Shown here: positions 1 through 7,778 of the stretch, in pieces
Layout: the number at the start of each line of letters is the position of its first letter
Numbering within the stretch: position 1 is the stretch's first letter
Virus genome (UHGV): UHGV-0135234
Reading direction: 5' to 3' (one strand)
Source: a virus
Length of the DNA stretch: 36,533 nucleotides
Position numbers and translations under genes: made by a program
The notes under the pieces: generated by a model
The model's database searches: none
Told to the model about the DNA's origin: nothing
What the model saw: the letters and a program-made list of their open reading frames with translations, nothing else

Positions 1-49
1 ATGTTTGCAGTTTCAAGGCATTTCCTTAAATCTGCTGGCGATGCCCTGT

Positions 50-700
50 TCATGCTGCACGCTCCCGCCCCTGGTTGTCTGTTGGTGACAGCGGAGCATT
101 GCTGAATGCATTTGTTAATCCGGCAATATCCAACGCGTATCCAGGGTGTAGTTGCACTGCCGGGTCTTCGCACTGATTACCCCAAACATCGAAGCCATGA
201 GACGTCTGGCGGGCGAACAGTTCAATGCGAGAAACATCGCCTAACAATTGCACAAGTTTTTCACGAACAATATCTGGTTTTCTTGAATGCTCAAGCCGCG
301 GTGCGGTAAATGACTGAACGATCCCTGCATTAATGCGCGTAGGTAGTTTTCCCTTTACTGCAAACAGGCAATCTTCACTATTGGCGCGAGTCATGTGTCC
401 CATACCCATAACCAGTTTATCTGGTTGTCGACTACCACATTTTATCCACGTGAAGCCCTTCATGGTCATCAGACGGAATCCCCAGGCTTCAACAACTTTT
501 AGTGCTTCGAGTGGTTGTGTTGGCACCCACCACATGGCCAACAGACAGTTTTCATCGGCCAAATCCCACACAGGAAGGCGGCAGATATCCAGCACACTCA
601 TAACCGGATATTTAAAACCGGCACCGCGATTACCATCTGCGGCTTTGTCCCGGTATACCCAGGGTGGATCTGCATAGATTAGTGTGTATTTCTTAGTCAT
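50..700 (-). CDS. DNA N6-adenine methyltransferase (MT-A70/Dam-like, orphan)
   Basis: ORF 50..712; first ATG at 700 preceded by GGGGTGG SD (712 is GTG). DPPW catalytic motif near N-terminus (YADPPWVY). No adjacent restriction endonuclease gene. Confidence 0.8.
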   Translation of the reverse strand: MTKKYTLIYADPPWVYRDKAADGNRGAGFKYPVMSVLDICRLPVWDLADENCLLAMWWVPTQPLEALKVVEAWGFRLMTMKGFTWIKCGSRQPDKLVMGMGHMTRANSEDCLFAVKGKLPTRINAGIVQSFTAPRLEHSRKPDIVREKLVQLLGDVSRIELFARQTSHGFDVWGNQCEDPAVQLHPGYALDIAGLTNAFSNAPLSPTDNQGRERAA

Positions 701-959
701 AAACCACCCCACAACATCCTATGCCGCTATAGTCGCCACGGCGAAGGCCGTTACCTTTTGTGATACATTGGTCCCTGCGAACCGCGATCCTTGCACGCTC
801 AACATCACCAGAAGCAACATCCATACACTGAAGCCAAAGGTGGGCGGCAATGCGGAACTGCCCTTTTTTCTCTCTTTCAATCGCGCGTTTTTCGATCTCT
901 ATCGCCGCAGGAGTAACGGCAACAACCTTTGAAGGGCTGCGCATTGAAACCTTGTTCAT
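693..959 (-). CDS. hypothetical protein
   Basis: ORF 693..992 (GTG at 992, first ATG at 959); no clear SD; fills the gap between AlpA-like gene and methylase in the same operon. Weak. Confidence 0.3.
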   Translation of the reverse strand: MNKVSMRSPSKVVAVTPAAIEIEKRAIEREKKGQFRIAAHLWLQCMDVASGDVERARIAVRRDQCITKGNGLRRGDYSGIGCCGVVYD

Positions 960-1101
960 GTGATATTTTTCAAGTCGGCTTAACTTTCTCACTTAATCCA
1001 ACCCTATCTGAAAATTAATGCCAGCAGATAAAGCCATGCTGAAACAGAGGCCAGGAATAAGTACCATCCTGACCATTTGCTCCAGTGCCTTAGCAGCGCA
1101 C

Positions 1102-1350
1102 TCATGCAGCGTTGCTCACAGGACGATATACACGTTGCTGAACAGGAGGTTTTTTACCCTGGAACTCTGCCGGGCTTGCTGCCTGACGTTCATCAAGCCA
1201 ACGCTCAACTTCATCACGGTTCCATGCGCAGCGTTTATCGGTGATATACCAGCGTTTAGGAAATTCCCCTGCGCGCTCCATACGGTCGATAGTGCTCCAT
1301 GACAGTGGCACCACCGCCAGGAGTTCCTTCTTACCTAATGCACCTTTCAT
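1102..1350 (-). CDS. AlpA-family phage transcriptional regulator (HTH)
   Basis: 82 aa; KKELLAVVPLSWSTIDRMERAGEFPKRWYITDKRCAWNRDEVERWL matches AlpA-type HTH pattern; GAGAGG SD upstream of ATG 1350. Confidence 0.75.
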   Translation of the reverse strand: MKGALGKKELLAVVPLSWSTIDRMERAGEFPKRWYITDKRCAWNRDEVERWLDERQAASPAEFQGKKPPVQQRVYRPVSNAA

Positions 1351-1399
1351 AAATACCTCTCTTGGTTGCAGTGCGGCGCGCGTGGCGCCGCGGTGGTGG

Positions 1400-2341
1400 T
1401 TACATAGATGTTTCGTTTAATTCTTCCCGACGAACGCTGTAAACGTCGGTGGCTTTTGCCAGCAGTTCGTCATCATCTGAAAGTTTTTGTGCAATGTATT
1501 TGTAAGCCTTATCCAGTTCGGAGACAGTGCTGTAATTCATCGCTGCGCTGGTAAAGGCCATCAGCATTTCTTCTGGATCACGGCTATCCGCTTTACGCGT
1601 TTGCTCATCAGGCTTTTTCACTGGTTTAGCGTTGATCAGACTGTTCATTCCCGCAGCAGTGGTCGTTTGCGGAGTAATGTCTCGCTCAACGCGCGGTGCC
1701 GTTTCCTGTAATTCGTCTGGTGTGTAGACGCCCATGATTACGTCAGGACAGTGCAAGCGAGACCAGCGTTTTGTCGCAAGGTATGCGAGTTGTTGTTTCG
1801 GATCACTGGCCCAAAGTGTGGAGTTTCTTACCTGTGCTTGAGACAGCATTAACTCAAGCACTCGAGGTTGATCCTCGCCCTTCATGGTTGCCCATACGCG
1901 AACACCGCAGCCTTCTTCGTCTTTTAGAGTCCAGCCTGGTGCGATATATGGATTGCCGTTTTTGGATGTTTTCTCAACAAACTTACCGATCACGCGTTCC
2001 CACGGCCCGAACCACTCGTAGTTGATGCGATCTTTTGTTGGCGACATCGTTGAGATAACTGCGTTTACTAATTGGGCTTCATAACCTAGCGTGCCGTTCA
2101 CAACATGGGTTTTCTGAGCCACGGCAAACGGGTTCATTCCCCACTGCGCAGCCTGCATTGCCACGGCCATGCAATCAGCTGGTTTCCCGGCGAGGTGCGC
2201 CGGTACCGTTACGCGGCTTTGCGCCATTACCTCGGCGAATTTCATCAGTTGGTTCAAGCCGTCTGGGCTGAAAATAGTTGCAGCAGTTCCAGCGATTGCT
2301 GTGTCTACTGGTGCGTTGATGTTTACGATGTCGTTGCTCAT
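1400..2341 (-). CDS. recT: RecT-family single-strand annealing recombinase
   Basis: ORF 1400..2368; ATG at 2341 overlaps upstream stop in an ATGA junction. Sequence pattern typical of RecT family. Confidence 0.88.
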   Translation of the reverse strand: MSNDIVNINAPVDTAIAGTAATIFSPDGLNQLMKFAEVMAQSRVTVPAHLAGKPADCMAVAMQAAQWGMNPFAVAQKTHVVNGTLGYEAQLVNAVISTMSPTKDRINYEWFGPWERVIGKFVEKTSKNGNPYIAPGWTLKDEEGCGVRVWATMKGEDQPRVLELMLSQAQVRNSTLWASDPKQQLAYLATKRWSRLHCPDVIMGVYTPDELQETAPRVERDITPQTTTAAGMNSLINAKPVKKPDEQTRKADSRDPEEMLMAFTSAAMNYSTVSELDKAYKYIAQKLSDDDELLAKATDVYSVRREELNETSM

Positions 2342-3159
2342 ATGTACATATCCTGTTTGCGTGCCCACTCATGGCGTTTAATGATTTCCACACCGCCCCA
2401 TTCATCATTGATGCGGCATTCGTGATAGGTATTCAGATCCCGGCGGAACAGAGCGTGCCCGGCATCGACATCCTGCGCATCCAGCTCGAACACGCGTACC
2501 GGATAGCGACCACAATCAATGCTTTCGCTCACGGCAAGAAAGAAAAAACCATGCGGCTGACCAGTAACCCTCATTGCGCCTTCGCGGTACATTGCGTCCT
2601 GCACGTGGTAGCGGAATTCCTCGATGTGGCGTGCAAAACGGTCCATATCTGCAACCTTTTTCACGTCGACGATCACGTTGTGCTCGTTCAGCCATTTGTC
2701 TGGACGAATTCGGCACAACTCACCCGTCTCTTCATCGTTCCAGTACATTGATGCTTCGCAGTAACCAGGTGCTTCCAACATCCAGCGTGCCGCCGGATGA
2801 GCCATTGCGCTATCACGCATCAGCTCCAGTTTCCGCCACTGCTCGGCATCAAGTACCGTAATCCCCATATCCGCCACATCACGAAGAAATGCCTCTTCGT
2901 CAGCTTTACCTTGTTTCGTCCGACGATCGAATTTCGGTGAAACAATGAAGCGTTTGTCGAACTCTCCAGGCTCCAGAAGCAGACAGTGCAATGCGGTTCC
3001 CATATCCAGTGCAGACTTTTTCTCTTCGTCTTCTGGTGCTGCCTGAACCCATTTAAGAAGCGCCGGATTCTTGGCAACCATGTCCAGTTGCGACTTACTC
3101 ACGCCGTCACCGGCGTGGTAGTCTTCGTTGCTGATGTCGAAATAAATTCCCGGTTTCAT
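2338..3159 (-). CDS. RecE-like exonuclease (PD-(D/E)XK, exodeoxyribonuclease VIII C-terminal-type domain)
   Basis: 273 aa, immediately upstream of and translationally coupled to recT; resembles the short RecE nuclease-domain proteins of lambdoid and Rac-like prophages. Confidence 0.75.
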   Translation of the reverse strand: MKPGIYFDISNEDYHAGDGVSKSQLDMVAKNPALLKWVQAAPEDEEKKSALDMGTALHCLLLEPGEFDKRFIVSPKFDRRTKQGKADEEAFLRDVADMGITVLDAEQWRKLELMRDSAMAHPAARWMLEAPGYCEASMYWNDEETGELCRIRPDKWLNEHNVIVDVKKVADMDRFARHIEEFRYHVQDAMYREGAMRVTGQPHGFFFLAVSESIDCGRYPVRVFELDAQDVDAGHALFRRDLNTYHECRINDEWGGVEIIKRHEWARKQDMYI

Positions 3160-3455
3160 GCCGCGTCCCTCTGTCCATCAAGCTGATCCGCCAGATCCCA
3201 GCGGGCGATAATTGCCATTGCCTCTCGCCGATAGGCATCCATCAGTTCTTCGAACTCAGGGCTGTCTTTAGCAGCCTCCAGTACTTCCTGACGAACGCCT
3301 TTGCCTGTTACAACGTCGAAAGTTGAGGACAGTTGATGAAGTCGGATGCTCTCAATCAGTTCAACTTGTCGGTCATATAGCTGTTCTGACAGGCGGTAGT
3401 CCTTGTCGAATGCCAGCATGATTTTTTGAAGATTTTTCTGCTGATTAACGTTCAT
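3156..3455 (-). CDS. hypothetical early protein (racC/gam position)
   Basis: ORF 3156..3470; ATG at 3455 has GGGAGG SD; stop overlaps RecE start (ATGA). No recognisable domain. Confidence 0.5.
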   Translation of the reverse strand: MNVNQQKNLQKIMLAFDKDYRLSEQLYDRQVELIESIRLHQLSSTFDVVTGKGVRQEVLEAAKDSPEFEELMDAYRREAMAIIARWDLADQLDGQRDAA

Positions 3456-3457
3456 TA

Positions 3458-3610
3458 TCAGCCCTCCCATATCTCGTTATCGTTGGCCACATCGCGAGCT
3501 TCTTTGCTGACGAAAGCCCACTTGATGCCTTCCTGTAAGGTGCGGAACTTCCAGCTCATGAATCCGCATGCAGTAACGCAGTACCAACCGTTGATGATTT
3601 TCCACTGCAT
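3458..3610 (-). CDS. small Cys-containing protein, first gene of leftward early operon (kil-like position)
   Basis: 50 aa MQWKIINGWYCVTACGFMSWKFRTLQEGIKWAFVSKEARDVANDNEIWEG; below the 60-aa ORF-track cutoff; GAGGT SD 8 nt upstream; operator 3630..3644 directly upstream. Confidence 0.4.
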   Translation of the reverse strand: MQWKIINGWYCVTACGFMSWKFRTLQEGIKWAFVSKEARDVANDNEIWEG

Positions 3611-3629
3611 AACTTGTTACCTCGGTCTG

Positions 3630-3644
3630 TTACCGTTGAGGTAA
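3630..3644. promoter_or_regulatory. operator palindrome TTACC-N5-GGTAA (OL-proximal)
   Basis: ttaccgttgaggtaa; overlaps predicted -10/+1 of leftward promoter. Confidence 0.6.
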
Positions 3645-3672
3645 TGATTATGCGTATTTGGTTTGATGTCAA
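3644..3672 (-). promoter_or_regulatory. putative leftward early promoter (pL-like)
   Basis: Minus strand -35 TTGACA (3667..3672), 17-bp spacer, -10 AATCAT; flanked by two operator palindromes. Confidence 0.4.
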
Positions 3673-3691
3673 TAGATATGAGTTAAAAAAA

Positions 3692-3706
3692 TTACCCGTT
3701 AGGTAA
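3692..3706. promoter_or_regulatory. operator palindrome TTACC-N5-GGTAA (OL-distal)
   Basis: ttacccgttaggtaa, perfect inverted repeat. Confidence 0.6.
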
Positions 3707-3719
3707 TCAAATAAGCAAT

Positions 3720-3742
3720 AAAAAAGCCGCCAGAAGGCGGCT
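3720..3742 (-). terminator. rho-independent terminator downstream of repressor gene
   Basis: Minus strand hairpin gccgcc-ttct-ggcggc followed by TTTTT. Confidence 0.6.
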
Positions 3743-3763
3743 TACTTACTGAAAAATATGATT

Positions 3764-4348
3764 TTATTGTTTATTTTTTTCGTTCTGGTTGATGACAAAT
3801 TCAATGTAACTTTCGATCTTTGCCTTCTCTGTTTCAGGTAACAATGCGTAGCGCGAGCGGTCATAGTTGATAGTCGCGGGGTCGTGCGGGTGAATCAGTA
3901 ATTCATATCCGTGACGCCCAAATGCGGATGCAACATTCTCCAGGGTGGAAATGGAAACGCTGACCTCATTGTTTAACAGGCGGCTGATTGTTACCTGGGC
4001 GACGCCGGATGCGCGGTGAAGTTTTCCCTGCGTTGAAAGGTCGCGGCTTTCGCTCATCCAGCGTTCCAGGTTGTGAGCCGCCAGTTGACCAATGTCGCTT
4101 GGTCCGACAGGCTGAAAACCTTCCTGAGAAAGCGAGCGATCGATATCAAGCCAGTTACGGGGTTTATTGGCGGCAGCTTCAATTTTTCGCGCAACCTGGT
4201 CGCCGATAACCTTCTTGCCAAGAGCCCAGCGGTTTACCAGATTTGCCTGAGTTCCAAGTTTTTCAGCCATCCGCGTCTGAACACCATTGAATTCACGGTC
4301 GATCAAGTCGTTGAGATTTTGCCTGCGGACGTCCTGGATACTTTTCAT
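3764..4348 (-). CDS. phage immunity repressor (CI-like, two HTH domains, no S24 peptidase domain)
   Basis: 194 aa; N-terminal HTH (QTRMAEKLGTQANLVNRWALGKK) and second HTH (RASGVAQVTISRLLNNEVSVSISTLENVA); no LexA-like autocleavage domain; divergent from Cro-like gene with operators between. Confidence 0.75.
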   Translation of the reverse strand: MKSIQDVRRQNLNDLIDREFNGVQTRMAEKLGTQANLVNRWALGKKVIGDQVARKIEAAANKPRNWLDIDRSLSQEGFQPVGPSDIGQLAAHNLERWMSESRDLSTQGKLHRASGVAQVTISRLLNNEVSVSISTLENVASAFGRHGYELLIHPHDPATINYDRSRYALLPETEKAKIESYIEFVINQNEKNKQ

Positions 4349-4403
4349 TTTCTGGAAAATCGCCTCATATCTGAATCAGAAGATGATTCAATTTAAAGCA
4401 ATA

Positions 4404-4418
4404 TTACCCAACAGGTAA
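4404..4418. promoter_or_regulatory. operator palindrome TTACC-N5-GGTAA (OR region)
   Basis: ttacccaacaggtaa in divergent repressor/cro intergenic region. Confidence 0.6.
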
Positions 4419-4451
4419 ATGCACCTCATGGGTAACTATCCTTGATTTTTG

Positions 4452-4466
4452 TTACCTTATAGGTGA
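4452..4466. promoter_or_regulatory. operator palindrome, imperfect (TTACC-N5-GGTGA) (OR region)
   Basis: ttaccttataggtga; lies in spacer of putative pR (-35 TTGATT 4442..4447). Confidence 0.45.
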
Positions 4467-4502
4467 ATATTTATTATCTGAAATAAATATCAGGCAATAG
4501 CT

Positions 4503-4733
4503 ATGAGCGATAACGGACATTTCGATTTCAAAAAGCACTGGCTTGCACTTACTCCGGATGAGCGTGAAGCCTTCGCACAGGAAGCCGGAACGACGAGTCA
4601 CTATATCCAGACTCACTTAACAGGTAAGCGCAAAATGCCAGGTAAGGTATTGATGAATGGGCTTTTTAAAGCCTGTAAATCAAGACAATGGCTGCGCTCA
4701 AAAGCAGAACTGGCATACTTCTTCTACTCATGA
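4503..4733 (+). CDS. Cro-like HTH regulator
   Basis: 76 aa, first rightward gene from immunity region; HTH around EREAFAQEAGTTSHYIQTHL. Confidence 0.6.
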   Translation: MSDNGHFDFKKHWLALTPDEREAFAQEAGTTSHYIQTHLTGKRKMPGKVLMNGLFKACKSRQWLRSKAELAYFFYS

Positions 4734-4755
4734 TATCCAGCCGCAACCCTCTGTA

Positions 4756-4780
4756 GACCGCCATCCGGCGGTCTTTTCAT
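4756..4780 (+). terminator. rho-independent terminator (tR1-like) after cro-like gene
   Basis: gaccgcc-atcc-ggcggtc 7-bp stem followed by TTTTC. Confidence 0.6.
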
Positions 4781-4883
4781 ATCTATTCGCACCTCAAAGG
4801 TAATAAAAAACCAAATCTGGTTGATCTTTTTTTTGTGTCAGCACAAAATGACCGTAATCCCAATACTAATAACAGGGCTTACC

Positions 4884-5084
4884 ATGGAAATCATTACACG
4901 TATTGATGCCGCAAAGCGCGGACTTAAACGCTACTACACCGGAAAACCATGTAAGCACGGACATGACAGTGAACGCTGGGTTTACAACGGACACTGCGTT
5001 GAGTGCACCATGGAATCAAACCGTCGCATCAGGGCAGAGATTAAGCAGATCATGATTAATTCCTCCCCACAACATTCAAGCTGA
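4884..5084 (+). CDS. small zinc-ribbon protein (C-x-H-x-H...C-x2-C)
   Basis: ORF 4821..5084; ATG at 4884 (MEIITRIDAAKRGLKRYYTGKPCKHGHDSERWVYNGHCVEC...); function unknown. Confidence 0.5.
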   Translation: MEIITRIDAAKRGLKRYYTGKPCKHGHDSERWVYNGHCVECTMESNRRIRAEIKQIMINSSPQHSS

Positions 5085-5099
5085 TAGCGGAGATTAATC

Positions 5100-5915
5100 A
5101 TGAGCAGACATGCAACAGATTGGGCCTGGGAGACAGATCCAGGTAGCTCGTCATTAAAGCTCATACTGCTTTCGATGGCTGACAGAGCCGATGAATATAA
5201 CCTCTGCTATCCCAGCATAGAACGCCTCGTTAAAGACACTTGCCTGAATAAAAAAACCGTACAGGCCGGGCTTATATCGCTCATGAAAATGGGGCTTATT
5301 TCAGATACCGGAGAGAGAAAGGGAGCGACGAAAAGAGTGCGGGTTTTCTCTCTTAATATAACCAAAAACGGGAACATTAAAGGCAACCGGGAGGGGGGCA
5401 ATGAACCCGAAAACGGTAATGTTACCGAAAACGGGAATATACCCAAAAACGGGATGTTGAATGATCCCAAAAACGGGATGTTGAATGATCCCAAAAACGG
5501 GATCCAGAACCAGTCATATAACCAGTCATTTAACCAAGAGAGGGAGAGCAGGACAAAAAACGGGGATTCTGTGCATCATGACCCCAGCGCAAACAACGCC
5601 GTGATGAATAACTTTGTTCCTCCTGGTGGGCCAGGGCAATTAGGCAAATTTGTCATGCATGAACAATGGCAGCCATCAGATGACTTTCTTCGGAAAAGCT
5701 CATTGCAGGGGATCTACCTGGACAGTCTGCCAACGGCACAGGAACTTGCAGAGTTCAGAATTTACTGGATGGCTGAGGGTAAGGCATACCATCAGGCACA
5801 GTGGGAGCAGAAGCTGGCAAGGCGGCTGCAGATTAGCAGACAGAAGCAATCAACATTACCTGATAACAACGTTCCGCACTGGAACAGCCCTGAAGCATGG
5901 GAGGATTTCTTGTGA
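5100..5915 (+). CDS. replication initiator, lambda O-like (HTH N-domain, iteron-encoded linker)
   Basis: 271 aa; N-terminal winged-HTH-like region; central (K/E)NG repeats encoded by DNA iterons; directly precedes P-like gene. Confidence 0.7.
   Translation: MSRHATDWAWETDPGSSSLKLILLSMADRADEYNLCYPSIERLVKDTCLNKKTVQAGLISLMKMGLISDTGERKGATKRVRVFSLNITKNGNIKGNREGGNEPENGNVTENGNIPKNGMLNDPKNGMLNDPKNGIQNQSYNQSFNQERESRTKNGDSVHHDPSANNAVMNNFVPPGGPGQLGKFVMHEQWQPSDDFLRKSSLQGIYLDSLPTAQELAEFRIYWMAEGKAYHQAQWEQKLARRLQISRQKQSTLPDNNVPHWNSPEAWEDFL
5361..5565. repeat. origin-like iterons inside O-like gene (about 7 copies, core AAAACGGGA)
   Basis: Core at 5365, 5410 (variant), 5428, 5446, 5470, 5494, 5557; two perfect 24-bp copies cccaaaaacgggatgttgaatgat at 5442..5465 and 5466..5489. 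Confidence 0.65.
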
Positions 5916-6697
5916 ACAACGTTTTTACCGCGATACAAAACCGTGACGGAGAAGCCCTTTCTCGCATGTCAGGTTATGAGCATCAGTACACCAACAATGA
6001 CAACGTGGTGAACATGTCAGCAGAGAGGCTTGTTGATGCCCTTTTCAAACAGCTGAAACAACTGTTTCCGGCGGCAGTGGTAACCAACCTGAAGACGCCA
6101 GAGCAGGAAGTCGCTGCAAAACAGCAGTGGATTGCTGCGTTTGCCGAAGGTGGGATCCGAACCCGTGAACAGGTTTCTGCTGGTATGCGCCACGCCCGCG
6201 CCAGTGAATCTCCGTTCTGGCCGTCTCCAGGGCAATTTATCAAGTGGTGCAAAGACAGCAAGATGGTTCTTGGCGTCACCATTGACGATGTGATGGCGGA
6301 GTTTCACCGGTACAGCAAGGAAAAAAGTTTATATCCTGGTGGTCCCGAAAGATTCCCGTGGCGGCATCCGGTTATGTACTGGGTCGTATGTGATACCCGC
6401 CGTGCAATGTATCAGCGCCAGCTTAGCGAGATTGAGGTTGAGAAACACGCACGCAGGCTGCTCGATGATTGGGCGAAAAAGGTGGCTTCCGGACAGCAGA
6501 TACCCGATCCGGTGATCAGCATACAGGCAAAGCCAGAGCCCATGAGTACACCTCCGGACACAGGGAGAGACGTTTACCATCCACCAGGGCGAAGTTTCGG
6601 GTGCATGCCTAACGCCGCCACCCTTGGGGGAATAACACCGGCGCAGTGGCTGATGGAGGAATACAGGCGGGGAAAGGCGGCAGGATTTATCAAGTAA
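5897..6697 (+). CDS. replication protein P-like (helicase loader)
   Basis: Clear similarity to lambda P core (FPAAVVTNL...QQWIAAFAEGGIRTREQVSAGMRHARASESPFWPSPGQFIKWCKD vs lambda FPASLANRD...RRQWVLAFRENGITTMEQVNAGMRVARRQNRPFLPSPGQFVAWCRE). Alternative GTG start at 5912 with GGGAGG SD. Confidence 0.85.
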   Translation: MGGFLVNNVFTAIQNRDGEALSRMSGYEHQYTNNDNVVNMSAERLVDALFKQLKQLFPAAVVTNLKTPEQEVAAKQQWIAAFAEGGIRTREQVSAGMRHARASESPFWPSPGQFIKWCKDSKMVLGVTIDDVMAEFHRYSKEKSLYPGGPERFPWRHPVMYWVVCDTRRAMYQRQLSEIEVEKHARRLLDDWAKKVASGQQIPDPVISIQAKPEPMSTPPDTGRDVYHPPGRSFGCMPNAATLGGITPAQWLMEEYRRGKAAGFIK

Positions 6698-6702
6698 TAC
6701 CA

Positions 6703-6722
6703 GCGCGATAGCGCATTTTTTT
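6703..6722 (+). terminator. weak terminator-like hairpin after P-like gene
   Basis: gcgc-gata-gcgc followed by ATTTTTTT. Confidence 0.35.
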
Positions 6723-6734
6723 ACGCCTCAATAA

Positions 6735-6749
6735 TTACCTGTTAGGTAA
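6735..6749. promoter_or_regulatory. operator palindrome TTACC-N5-GGTAA
   Basis: ttacctgttaggtaa upstream of internal promoter. Confidence 0.55.
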
Positions 6750-6768
6750 TAAAATATTCTAAACTCTA

Positions 6769-6797
6769 TTGATTTCGTGTCTTATGTGGTTTTTAAT
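6769..6797 (+). promoter_or_regulatory. putative internal promoter for nin-like operon
   Basis: -35 TTGATT (6769..6774), 17-bp spacer, -10 TTTAAT (6792..6797), directly followed by operator. Confidence 0.4.
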
Positions 6798-6811
6798 TAC
6801 CTCAGAGGTAA
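6797..6811. promoter_or_regulatory. operator palindrome TTACC-N5-GGTAA overlapping SD of downstream gene
   Basis: ttacctcagaggtaa; ends 4 nt before ATG 6815. Confidence 0.55.
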
Positions 6812-6814
6812 ATC

Positions 6815-7159
6815 ATGAGAAAACAGATACAGGCTCTTGGTCGACTCAAAACAGGCCAGATGAACAAAACAGAATCTGCGTATTGCCAGCACCTTGAGCA
6901 GCGTAAACGTGCAGGGGAAATAGCCTGGTATCGATTCGAGGGTATCAAGCTGCGGTTAGCTGACAACACGTTCTATACGCCAGATTTCGCTGTGATGCTC
7001 GCCACCGGCGAGATGGAACTGCACGAAGTGAAAGGTTTCTGGACCGACGACGCCAGGGTGAAAACCAAAGTCGCCGCAGATCAGTATCCGTTCCGAATCA
7101 TCGGGGTAACGGTTAAGCCAAAGAAAGCAGGTGGTGGCTGGAAAATCGAAGAGTTCTGA
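6815..7159 (+). CDS. DUF1064-like PD-(D/E)XK nuclease-fold protein
   Basis: 114 aa; FYTPDF...ELHEVKG motif pattern. Confidence 0.6.
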   Translation: MRKQIQALGRLKTGQMNKTESAYCQHLEQRKRAGEIAWYRFEGIKLRLADNTFYTPDFAVMLATGEMELHEVKGFWTDDARVKTKVAADQYPFRIIGVTVKPKKAGGGWKIEEF

Positions 7160-7220
7160 ATCGACGATCTTTTTAGTTATCAATGTAATCAATAAGTTAT
7201 GTGGATAAGCGAGGGTAAAG

Positions 7221-7778
7221 ATGGAAAGTAATATCAAAGGGTTAGTTGCCGCCGGGCATGAGATGGCTTCGGAACTGAAAGCAGAATGTGGTGCCGTTGA
7301 TATGCGCAGTGTGGCAAAGCTGATCAGCGATTTGGCAACGCAACTGGAAGTGCAACTGGTGCGTGCTAATGCGCTGGCCGAAGACCAGCAGAAAGCGATT
7401 GAGTCAATTAAGCAGGCTGATGCAGCTGTTAAGTTGGCACACGAGAAGTTTTCAGCGCTTGCGGCGGAGAATGCGGGGCTAAAGGCGATATGTGATGACC
7501 GTCGCAGATTCATCATGAATGGGGTGCAGATGGGTTATATCAAGGTGCCAGCAGCGGAAACAGATCCAGACCTTGAGACAATTCGCATTGCTATATCACC
7601 ACAAAAGCCCATTCCAGCCACCGATGCTTTCCTGACTGAAATTGAACGCAAAGCAATCCGAAAGTTCATTAACAGCATTGAACACATCCTGCGTGACAAG
7701 CTGTCTCCGTATGACACCGAAGAGATGCTTGAGGCTATTCGTATTTTTCTGGAAGAACAGAGTGGTGAGCAAAAATGA
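7221..7778 (+). CDS. hypothetical phage protein (coiled-coil)
   Basis: 185 aa; GAGGGT SD; stop overlaps next start (ATGA). Confidence 0.6.
   Translation: MESNIKGLVAAGHEMASELKAECGAVDMRSVAKLISDLATQLEVQLVRANALAEDQQKAIESIKQADAAVKLAHEKFSALAAENAGLKAICDDRRRFIMNGVQMGYIKVPAAETDPDLETIRIAISPQKPIPATDAFLTEIERKAIRKFINSIEHILRDKLSPYDTEEMLEAIRIFLEEQSGEQK

Noticed and set aside
1371-1392. GC-rich hairpin between recT and AlpA-like gene as a terminator
   Set aside because: No U-tract on the transcribed strand; more likely an intercistronic stability or processing stem.
4789-4803. Degenerate operator-like site gcACC-TCAAA-GGTAA
   Set aside because: Only 3/5 match in the left half-site; mentioned as a possible weak site but not counted among operators.
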